Shown piece after piece: positions 18,295-26,727 of a stretch of 44,051 bases of DNA; the first letter of the stretch is position 1; every line of letters starts with the position of its first letter. Under the pieces are notes generated by a model that saw only the letters and a program-made list of their open reading frames with translations, was not told the DNA's origin and did not search any database. Position numbers and translations under genes: made by a program. This DNA is from an uncultured archaeon. GTDB taxonomy: Archaea > Asgardarchaeota > Thorarchaeia > Thorarchaeales > Thorarchaeaceae. The stretch is from NCBI GenBank assembly GCA_964558645.1, contig CAZLEV010000021.1, positions 1 to 44,051 of the forward strand, given 5' to 3'.

Positions 18295-18678
18295 ATGTCC
18301 GAGGGCAAAGATCTTGCGAGTCCAGAAATCGAATACGAACGATGGTCTCTTGAGATACGGAGGGGGGCCCTCTCTCTGGCCATTCTGGCAATCATACGAA
18401 ACGGTGAATCATACGGCTACGACATAATGAAAAAGTTGAGTGAGGAAGGCTATGATGCGCTACAGGTCGAACCAAGTACAACGTACCCACTGCTTCGCCG
18501 ACTTGAGAAGAGAGGAATGCTTGAGGGGCGTAAGGTTAAGGATCCCGATTCGGGAAGAGAGAGAAGGCATTACTATTTGACCCGTGACGGTCTGATGGTG
18601 CTTAGAAGGATGGTTGAATCATGGAAAACGTTGAACAACCAGCTGGTCATGCTTCTGAAGGAGGCGGGGCTAACATGA
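18295..18678 (+). CDS. padR: PadR-family transcriptional regulator
   Basis: RRGALSLAILAII..SYGYDI..STTYPLLRRLEKRG..RRHYYLTRDG. ATG at 18295 follows a GGTGTGA RBS. Confidence 0.92.
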   Translation: MSEGKDLASPEIEYERWSLEIRRGALSLAILAIIRNGESYGYDIMKKLSEEGYDALQVEPSTTYPLLRRLEKRGMLEGRKVKDPDSGRERRHYYLTRDGLMVLRRMVESWKTLNNQLVMLLKEAGLT

Positions 18679-21600
18679 GTAACGATGCAGAACAAATCAT
18701 TGAAACATATCTTACTCTGATACAACAGAATCTGCCTGACTGTATACTTCACGAAGTCATCCCTGAAATACGGGACTATCTGATTGCGTCTGCGACGGAG
18801 CTCGGGGGTGGTGAGATGACTGAATCATCTGCGAAGAAAGCAGTGGCACGATTTGGTGCACCCTCAGAGGTAGCAGAAGAGTACAAGTCTTCTATGCTTC
18901 TGAAAGATGAACCATCTCTCAGCACCAAGGAAGCTGATCCGCCTGAAGCCCAAGATGATCTAGACAATGACACATACGAGTCCGTAATGGAGGAAGAAAC
19001 AACCCGGAGAGTCATCCCCGACGCCATAGCATTTGGTCAGTACATGCTGGCGGTGCTGATATGGTCTATGGTTGTGCTAGTCTTAAGTGGAGGTTTTATG
19101 CCAACGTTCTTCATCTTAACGTTACCGCTGGTTGCAGGTGCCAGTATTTTCGTAGTGGCCTATTTCATCGTATCGAGAAGGAGTTTAGCCAAATTTGTAG
19201 ACGCAGATAGCCCGAAATGGCCCTTTTATAGGCGCATATTCAGTCTACCAAGACCTGTCCCTGTCCCTGATAGGTCGGCAATTATGAAGTTCAGTATTCA
19301 TGCCTCAATGGTTGGAGGCATCACTTGTTTCTTTCTATCATTTGCAGTCCTCAACTTTGCCTTCTACGGGATACCGGCTGGATTGCTGCTACTGCTTCGG
19401 GCTGTCTTAGTGGATAAGCAGATTCATTCCTTTGCAAGAAAAAACAGAGCCCGTTATTCGCTGATTTATGATCTCTTATGTTTGGTCCTTATGAGCTGGG
19501 CGTTCCTCTCGCTTTTGTACAATGTATGGAGTGGCATATTCCTAGTCTCGCTGTTCGCCATTATGGACCTCGCATTCGGTGGGTATCTGCTCTTTAACAT
19601 CTCTGTAAATTCGGAGAGAATCTGGGCTAAAGATCGGCGCTATGAACCCTTAGCACAGTCAGCTGAGGGTCAAATGCTACCTCCCTCTGGAGAGGAAGAA
19701 CCCGGGCAGAATGAAGGACAGGCGGAGAAGACTGAAGTCTTACCTTACTTCGAATCATTTGGCAAAGGAGTGGGCTTGATGCTACTTTGGTCAACCGCGA
19801 TTGTCATTGTCACAACAGGAATCACTCAAGCGATGAGAATCTATGTCTGGCCTATCTTTCTCTGGCTCATGTGTCTTCCAGCTGCTGCCATGCTCTTCAT
19901 ACGAATAGTCTATCTCCGTCAGAAAGGGGTCGTCTTCGAGAGCACGCCTCATCCAGAATGGTCCCCTGTACAGAGTGCGTTGAGTTTCCCAGAGAATTGC
20001 ACGCTTCAACCAAAGGGGTATTTCCTGCTGACCGACGGAATCATCAGTGCAGGATTTGGAGTGGCCTTTATCGCATCCTTTCTCCTTGGGGGCTATGCAC
20101 TTCACTCGAAGATTCTCTCCGTTCTTCTGGGGATTATCTGTCTTCGAAGGCTCGGGCACATAAGAGGCAGACTGACCGGAAAAGACCCTGCCAGATTCGC
20201 CAAAACTGAGTTTGGACTCATTCTTGCCAGTATTGGCATTTCTAACTTCGGTTTTTCTCTGATCCTCACACCCACTTGGGGAGGTTACCATATGGATGTC
20301 AATCCCCTTCTGGTGTTATACTTTGCAGTATCTGCCCCGTATCTCCTCTACCTCCTGGTGGCTTACGGACAAGACTTGTGGTGGGAAGTTCAGGAGGTTG
20401 GTCTTCCCTCAGAAGAACAAGAGGTCCGCATATCCAAGCAAGAGTCTGAATTCAGACAAGAGTTCAAACCAGCCAGTGAGATTCTAAGCGCCATCAAGTT
20501 CAGAATAGTCGGGAGGTATCTGGGCTTCACTCTTGTGGGGACTTGGTTTATCCCTACTCTGGCAATCCTATACTTCTCGACTGTAAACTCTTGGCTGAGT
20601 CCCGATCGCTATGCGACGTGGCGTACCTTGTCTGTGGTTATGGTTCAAGGCCTCCTGTGGCTGTTGGTCGCCGCTCTGACTGGTGCGTTATACATTGGAG
20701 TTCGGAGGGCATATGTCAAAAGAAGACCAAAAGCAGCACCGATTGGCAAGCGCACCAGGGGTGAGGCAATACTAGACTTCATTCCCGCCCTATTCTTCTC
20801 TCTTCTCTTCACTTTGGCATTCTTCTTCAACAGCACTGCGCTGATCGACTTGTCCCATTTGAATGTCGTATATGTGCTGATGGTTTCAACCTTACCTGTT
20901 ATGCTATTCTTCCGACTGGCTGGCGATGCTCTGAATATCATAAATGGCGACACTCCAACCTCTTCTAGACTGATTTCATCATCGGCCAAAGCTCTTCTCG
21001 TGGGCGCCGGAACTCTGCTTGGCTGGATGCTTCATTTGTCTACATACACCCACTATATGCTACACCCTTCAACAATCCCTGGCTGGATCCTGCTCTATAC
21101 AGGATTATTCCTCTTTTCTTTCCAGGCCGCTGTTTCCAAATACAAGCATCTTGACATACAGGACCAAGAGAAGCAGAAGCGACCTGGCGCGCACGGAGAG
21201 GCACCTCCATCGAGAGAAGAAGGAGAAACGAGGACTCCGACTCAACGGCTAGTAGATGAGATTGAGCGGAAAAGGGGAGTGACCATATCAGGAATGCTTA
21301 TGCCCTACGCGTTCTTCTACCTTCTGTACTACTCATTGCTCGTGATTGGATTCCCGTATCCAGAAAATGAACTGGTCAATATCACCTTCTTGGTTTTCGC
21401 TTTCATAATCATTGCTGCGATATCTTCAGCAGTCTTCTTCAAATACAGGACCATTTTGGTGAAGTCGGGTGAGAGTTTCAGTGCTATGGGAAGACGCGGG
21501 CGAGTAGTCGCTGTACTTGATGTAGTATTCTCAATCTTGGTCCTAGCAAGTGTCGTAGTGTCGGTCTTTCCACGTCTGTTCTTCTATCCCAGCGGAATTA

Positions 21601-21983
21601 TAGATATCCTTCAGATTCTCATTCTTGGGGGGGTGGCATTGACCGCATCTGGAGTTACTCTCAAGATCCTTGGAGATATCTACTACGGGTTAGAACGCCA
21701 GACTGTCAAGTCACACATCGCAATGGCATTTGGTTCCCTCATTTTGGTGATAGGTATCCTGTTGTTCATGCCGGGTTACCTGTTGATTCAGCATTCAATG
21801 ACACGCTCCTATTATCTCGTCGTTCCCTTCCTAGGCTTCTGCCTTCCTGTTTCGTTTCAGGCCATCACTAGTTGGCTTAGACTACAAGACGCAATAGCCT
21901 CTCGGGGCTCAACAGATGGTTCGCAGAAACCGAGTTCTTTGGCGATGAATGAGTCGGATGCTGCCATCCCTGTGAATTACTAA
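18675..21983 (+). CDS. Large polytopic membrane protein with N-terminal HAAS domain and four repeated TM modules
   Basis: IETYL..EVIPEIRDYL..AVARFGAPSEVAEEY (HAAS/DUF1700-like). ATGA overlap with padR. About 20 or more TM helices in 4 blocks separated by charged linkers. Confidence 0.8.
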   Translation: MSNDAEQIIETYLTLIQQNLPDCILHEVIPEIRDYLIASATELGGGEMTESSAKKAVARFGAPSEVAEEYKSSMLLKDEPSLSTKEADPPEAQDDLDNDTYESVMEEETTRRVIPDAIAFGQYMLAVLIWSMVVLVLSGGFMPTFFILTLPLVAGASIFVVAYFIVSRRSLAKFVDADSPKWPFYRRIFSLPRPVPVPDRSAIMKFSIHASMVGGITCFFLSFAVLNFAFYGIPAGLLLLLRAVLVDKQIHSFARKNRARYSLIYDLLCLVLMSWAFLSLLYNVWSGIFLVSLFAIMDLAFGGYLLFNISVNSERIWAKDRRYEPLAQSAEGQMLPPSGEEEPGQNEGQAEKTEVLPYFESFGKGVGLMLLWSTAIVIVTTGITQAMRIYVWPIFLWLMCLPAAAMLFIRIVYLRQKGVVFESTPHPEWSPVQSALSFPENCTLQPKGYFLLTDGIISAGFGVAFIASFLLGGYALHSKILSVLLGIICLRRLGHIRGRLTGKDPARFAKTEFGLILASIGISNFGFSLILTPTWGGYHMDVNPLLVLYFAVSAPYLLYLLVAYGQDLWWEVQEVGLPSEEQEVRISKQESEFRQEFKPASEILSAIKFRIVGRYLGFTLVGTWFIPTLAILYFSTVNSWLSPDRYATWRTLSVVMVQGLLWLLVAALTGALYIGVRRAYVKRRPKAAPIGKRTRGEAILDFIPALFFSLLFTLAFFFNSTALIDLSHLNVVYVLMVSTLPVMLFFRLAGDALNIINGDTPTSSRLISSSAKALLVGAGTLLGWMLHLSTYTHYMLHPSTIPGWILLYTGLFLFSFQAAVSKYKHLDIQDQEKQKRPGAHGEAPPSREEGETRTPTQRLVDEIERKRGVTISGMLMPYAFFYLLYYSLLVIGFPYPENELVNITFLVFAFIIIAAISSAVFFKYRTILVKSGESFSAMGRRGRVVAVLDVVFSILVLASVVVSVFPRLFFYPSGIIDILQILILGGVALTASGVTLKILGDIYYGLERQTVKSHIAMAFGSLILVIGILLFMPGYLLIQHSMTRSYYLVVPFLGFCLPVSFQAITSWLRLQDAIASRGSTDGSQKPSSLAMNESDAAIPVNY

Positions 21984-22169
21984 GGAGGAAACTAGGTTGA
22001 CAAGTCACCTTGTCTTGCATCGGTGAGTGATCAATGACAGATTCTTTCCTTCAGTCATGGCGAGGATTTTCTACCCACAGAGTAAACATTGCGAATGGCT
22101 GCACTGAGTGATGATGAATATCTCAATAATGGAAGTACTTGTAATGGTTCTTTCGTGAGCATTGCATTG

Positions 22170-22177
22170 AAAAAAAA
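22170..22177 (-). terminator. Oligo-T terminator of the surface protein gene
   Basis: T8 on the minus strand ~48 nt after the stop at 22225. Confidence 0.45.
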
Positions 22178-22224
22178 GAGTTGGTGGATGAGCAAGGTTA
22201 CTCGCTCACCCTTTCGTAAGCAAT

Positions 22225-24990
22225 CTATCCACGACGCCGAACTATCACAACCAATGCTACGAACACTACGCCAACTACAATGGCAATGAACAACCACAGA
22301 TTGTCTTGGATTAGTGTTTCAATGTCTGGAGTTGTTGTCGTTTCTGTTTCAGTAGTGGTCGTAGTGGTAGTTGTTGTGGTGGTTGTTGAGTCAGGAGCTG
22401 GATCGATTACTATGTTGCCAGTGGTGGAATTCCACGTACCAAGCGAGCTGTTCATGTAGATTTTGTACGGAAATGTTCCATTTGATGCAGGCGTCCACGT
22501 GTACGAGTAGACATCAGCCAAAGATGTCATGGTGTAGTTAGTCCCATCAAACTCAAACCAGACACCATCTACTCCATCATCATGTTGGACAGTAATAGAA
22601 ACAGTCAATTCCTGTCCTACCACTCCAGGTTCGGGGGTAAACACAAGGTCTGTCCAATCCGGCGCTCTAACAATGTCGATAGTGCTTTGTGTGGAACTCC
22701 AAGTGTTGATGTAGCTCTCCATGTAGATCGTGTACGGAAATGTTCCATTTGATGCAGGCGTCCACGTGTACGAGTAGGAATCGCCAACACCTGTCATGGA
22801 ACGATTGGTTCCGCCAAACTCAAACCAGACAGCACTCACGCCCAAGAAGTAAGTAACCTCTATCGAAACAGTCACCGATTGACCAGCAACAAGTGGGCTA
22901 GGTGAGAAGTTCAGATTGCTGTACTCTGGAACGCTGGTAAGCACCTCGTACTTGAATTGTTGGGATTCCCAAGGGCCCCAAATTCCCGTTGAGTCCATGG
23001 TTCGAACTCTCCAGAAGTAATTGGTGGCATTCTCAAGAACATAGCACCCATCATATACAAGTGATTCTTGCGAGTAGACAACATCTAGATGCAGATCATA
23101 TCCTCTTGTGTCATTACCGGCGAAATTGGAGCCGCTGGATGTCAGGTTATATGCTCGATACACACCAGCATTAAGCTGCCGACGGACAGTCAGCCCGCCT
23201 TTTTTGAGTGAGTCCCAGGTCATCTCAATAAGCAAGTCAGAATCTCCAGCTATTTGGAACGCATTCTCGAAATCAAACACCAATACTCCACCGATATTTC
23301 GGATCCGATACAGGCTCTTGTCAATCAGTACTGTTGGTTGAACACCACCATAATTGCTCTCGAAATCAGTATGATCCAGTTCGCCTTCAATCGGGGTTTC
23401 TAGGATTCTCAGGGTGAAGTTTTCATATACAACATCCCCAGAGAATTGATTGACCGGGAAGTACATTCTGTCGATGGTTCCCGGATTTGGCAATAGAGAT
23501 CTGTTGTATTTGATCTGGAAAACGCCTCCCGTTCCCAGATCAACATCGAATGGATAGCTATTCTGCGTTGGATCAAGTCCCTCAAAGACACTCTGACTTG
23601 AGAGGTCGATACGCAAGTTGTGTTCTCGAGGAAAGGTAAAGCTTGCCGTGTTGTTGGTCTCTGCACCGTCACCGTATGTATAGGCGACTGACCCTTCTAG
23701 GTCAGACGAGTATTTTGAAGCCAGAAGATCTCCAGTGTTGTCCGTCCATCTGAACTCGATGATCAGGTCGTAGCGCTTATTGAGGAAGAATGAGTTTTCC
23801 ACATCAAAGACTAGCCAACCATCATGATTTTCGGGCGAGTAGACATCTCTGAAAAGCACCGTTGTTGGCCTTGCACCACCCAGATTGGCCTGGAAGTCGC
23901 TACCTAGAGCACCCGAAACGTTGGTATGGGTCAGAAGAATCTCAAGATTCTCAAAGACCGGTCTTTCAGTGTCAGAATCAACATCGAAGTGCAATCTGTC
24001 TATTACTCCCGATCCTGATAGTTCAGTCGCATTGTACTTGAACTGAAATCGCATTCCCGCGCCAGTTCCAAATGGTCTAAAATTGAGGGTGCTTCCGGCA
24101 TCATGAACACTTAGGATGGACTTGGGGCTATGTCGCAGTAAGTGCATGGTTTCATTGAAAGAGCTGCTGTTCCACATCTCTACCTCATAGGCTCGCTGGA
24201 AATCACCAATGGTGTCTTCAACATCCCAGCTGAATGTTGGATCATCACTCTGTATGTAATCGATGTGCGGGGAGCTTGATTCGCCATCAACTGCAAGATT
24301 CGTAGTTACTGGCTCTTCATATTCGATAGCAAGATAGGATGCGTTGAAGTAATCATATTCCCTCTCTGTGAAGTACTTCCAGGTTTCGTTTGTCATGGTT
24401 TCGTCTACCTGCTTCAAGACTTGAGAGAGCATCTTGTCCCCGTTCAAGGATGACATTACATTGTCTGTAACATCGAATGAATACCATTCTTGTATTTCAA
24501 AGGAAGTATCTAGTACTGTTGTTGGTGATGCTGCAAAATCCGGTTGATTATTCCAAGTGATGTCTGTTTCGCTCCAAGTGGTATTTGAAGAGTAGTACAC
24601 ACCAATTGCAAGATCATCAGTATCTGCTAACATGTCATTGAGATGCACTCTTAGCTCTGCTTTGATTAGTGCTACGTCTGTGGGAACATTGTGCAGGTCA
24701 AACATGATCCATGAACGGGCATATAGAGCATCAATCGCGTAACCAACGAAAAGGCCCCCTCGATGTTCATTGGTATCCCAATTGTCATCAGGGTATCCAG
24801 AAACAACGGCCTCGTCAGCGAAGACAGGGACCCTCATGTAATGTGATGGTCCTTCGGATAGTGTTCGTTCGGATATCGGCTGTCCGTTCAACGCCTCATC
24901 TTGTTCGTGGTCTATGTGGTTTGTCAATGGCAGCATTGCGCTTGCCAGGAATAGAAGAAGACAAACTAAGGGCAGAAATCTTTTCTTCAT
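22225..24990 (-). CDS. Cell-surface glycoprotein: signal peptide, DNRLRE/CBM96 domain, FN3/Ig domains, poly-Thr linker, C-terminal TM
   Basis: MKKRFLPLVCLLL signal; RSWIMFDL..WSETDITWNNQP..WYSFDVT; YFWRVRTMD; Thr-rich stalk; TM followed by RRRG; many N-x-S/T sequons. Confidence 0.85.
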   Translation of the reverse strand: MKKRFLPLVCLLLFLASAMLPLTNHIDHEQDEALNGQPISERTLSEGPSHYMRVPVFADEAVVSGYPDDNWDTNEHRGGLFVGYAIDALYARSWIMFDLHNVPTDVALIKAELRVHLNDMLADTDDLAIGVYYSSNTTWSETDITWNNQPDFAASPTTVLDTSFEIQEWYSFDVTDNVMSSLNGDKMLSQVLKQVDETMTNETWKYFTEREYDYFNASYLAIEYEEPVTTNLAVDGESSSPHIDYIQSDDPTFSWDVEDTIGDFQRAYEVEMWNSSSFNETMHLLRHSPKSILSVHDAGSTLNFRPFGTGAGMRFQFKYNATELSGSGVIDRLHFDVDSDTERPVFENLEILLTHTNVSGALGSDFQANLGGARPTTVLFRDVYSPENHDGWLVFDVENSFFLNKRYDLIIEFRWTDNTGDLLASKYSSDLEGSVAYTYGDGAETNNTASFTFPREHNLRIDLSSQSVFEGLDPTQNSYPFDVDLGTGGVFQIKYNRSLLPNPGTIDRMYFPVNQFSGDVVYENFTLRILETPIEGELDHTDFESNYGGVQPTVLIDKSLYRIRNIGGVLVFDFENAFQIAGDSDLLIEMTWDSLKKGGLTVRRQLNAGVYRAYNLTSSGSNFAGNDTRGYDLHLDVVYSQESLVYDGCYVLENATNYFWRVRTMDSTGIWGPWESQQFKYEVLTSVPEYSNLNFSPSPLVAGQSVTVSIEVTYFLGVSAVWFEFGGTNRSMTGVGDSYSYTWTPASNGTFPYTIYMESYINTWSSTQSTIDIVRAPDWTDLVFTPEPGVVGQELTVSITVQHDDGVDGVWFEFDGTNYTMTSLADVYSYTWTPASNGTFPYKIYMNSSLGTWNSTTGNIVIDPAPDSTTTTTTTTTTTTETETTTTPDIETLIQDNLWLFIAIVVGVVFVALVVIVRRRG
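22464..22777. repeat. Exact 47-bp intragenic direct repeat (22464-22510 and 22731-22777)
   Basis: TGTACGGAAATGTTCCATTTGATGCAGGCGTCCACGTGTACGAGTAG occurs twice, 267 bp (89 codons) apart, encoding YSYTWTPASNGTFPY. Confidence 0.9.
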
Positions 24991-25481
24991 TTGCATAACT
25001 CCGTTCGGATGAACTGTTGCACACAACGAATAAGTCGAATCTATGTGTTCCTCGACATGCTCAACGTCACAAAGAGCCCAAACCGCGGCGTGCTAGTTTC
25101 TAGGGCGCTGTTCCTCTCGGCGTCCATATAAGTGTTTACTAGTCAAAGGGGGGCGAAGTCACACATGCATTGCTCCCTGCAACACCTTGGAATCGGAAAG
25201 CTTGAGAGGAATCTTGCGTCTCGACTGTAACGAAAGATCTTCGTTAACAAGTTAACCTTCTCGATGATAGCTATGTAGGGCGGGGTTCGTCGAAGCGGAT
25301 TGCAGGGGATATCCACACTCTCCGCAGCACCCCAAGGATACATTCAGTATGTCTGTTCTTGAAAAACCGTTCATCACAGTTTCTGAAACTTTAAGACGTA
25401 TGCTTGCTTATGGATCCAATCTCCAAATCCTACCAAGATGGCAAGGATTCTTAGAGAAATGATCTATCTCCACAACTACAG

Positions 25482-25721
25482 TCATTTCAAACGACGAATG
25501 AACCACGTGAACGTGCCTGCATCCTCTCTTAGCTCAACAATCTCGTTTCCAGTTCGTTCAGCCCACGCAGGGAAGTCTTTCTTGGTCCCTACGTCGGTTG
25601 CAACGACTTTCAGGATCGCCCCTACTTCAATGCTCCTAATCTCCTTCTTTGTCAGCAGTATGGGCATCGGACAACGTTTACCGGAGACGTCAAGCTCCTT
25701 GGCTATATCATGGATCGTCAT
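25482..25721 (-). CDS. tusA: TusA/SirA-family sulfur carrier protein
   Basis: LDVSGKRCPMPIL (CPxP), ATDVGTKKDFPAWA; ~79 aa. Confidence 0.9.
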   Translation of the reverse strand: MTIHDIAKELDVSGKRCPMPILLTKKEIRSIEVGAILKVVATDVGTKKDFPAWAERTGNEIVELREDAGTFTWFIRRLK

Positions 25722-25900
25722 AGGTATCAACTTGAGCGAGAGTCAATTATCTGGTTTTCAAACTTTGCATTGGGCAATCACGGATCAAAACGTTCATCCC
25801 GGCAGTTGTGAGGTACATTCTGTAATCTGCATGCCAGGAAATGGACTATTCCGTTAGCTTTATTATTGTTAATCTGCATCCGTCAGTGAGGTTCGATGTG

Positions 25901-26293
25901 ATGCCAGTGTTTCAAGTGTTGCTGCTAATGCTACTCGCAATTAACGTGAGCGCCATGCTATCCGGCTTCATGCTTGCCCGACGGATGGGCTATTATCTCA
26001 TGAAGCAGGTTATGGTCTTGATGATTCTGATGCTTGTTTCGATAGTCACAGCGATATGGGGAGTGTTCTTACCGATTACACCTGCTCTCTTTGACTTCTT
26101 GCATATCTTGATTCTGCTGAATCTCGGTTTCTCTCTGTTGGCCTTGCTGATGGAGTTTGGACAAGTGTTTCCGATTCTATTGAAGACCATGCAAGGGGGG
26201 CCCATTCATAGTTCACACCTGACAAACTTGATACTCTCTATGTTCTTAGCTTTGGGACTAGCAGTCTATTACGTCGACCTTGCACTTATCTAG
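25901..26293 (+). CDS. Small 4-TM hypothetical membrane protein
   Basis: Almost entirely hydrophobic. ATG at 25901 follows GAGGT; 14 nt upstream of dsrE. Confidence 0.7.
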   Translation: MPVFQVLLLMLLAINVSAMLSGFMLARRMGYYLMKQVMVLMILMLVSIVTAIWGVFLPITPALFDFLHILILLNLGFSLLALLMEFGQVFPILLKTMQGGPIHSSHLTNLILSMFLALGLAVYYVDLALI

Positions 26294-26307
26294 GAGATGA
26301 CCCACAA

Positions 26308-26676
26308 ATGCCCGCAAACTCACTCTACATAATAGGACAATGGGGACCTGAGGCTGCAGAAAGATGCTATGGCCCCTTCGTGACCGCAACGACTGCTCAA
26401 GCACAGGATGTTGACGTGAAAGTCTTTCTGATGATGGATGCAGTGCATCTTATGAAGAAGGGCGTGGCCGAAAAGATACAGGCACCTGGTTTTCCACCCC
26501 TGCCCGACCTCATAGACATGTATCTTGAGGCCGGAGGTACGATACAGGTCTGTTCTAACTCCATTGAATTCCGGGGACTCACTCAGGATGATTTTCGTGA
26601 TGATCGAATCGAGATTGCTGGAGCTGCAACAATGATCGATGAGATTCTCAGTCATGATCGGATACTGCAATTCTAG
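26308..26676 (+). CDS. DsrE/DsrF/TusD-family protein
   Basis: VKVFLMMDAVHL, IQVCSNSIEFRG (conserved Cys), IAGAATMI. Confidence 0.88.
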   Translation: MPANSLYIIGQWGPEAAERCYGPFVTATTAQAQDVDVKVFLMMDAVHLMKKGVAEKIQAPGFPPLPDLIDMYLEAGGTIQVCSNSIEFRGLTQDDFRDDRIEIAGAATMIDEILSHDRILQF

Positions 26677-26727
26677 TTGGTACCCCATTTTGCCGCTTAT
26701 TGCCGCTGAACAGAAATGCAGGCGGCA

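Noticed and set aside
22328-22388. GTT/GTA/GTG triplet run as a CRISPR or satellite repeat
   Set aside because: It encodes the poly-Thr linker of the surface protein; no repeat-spacer structure.
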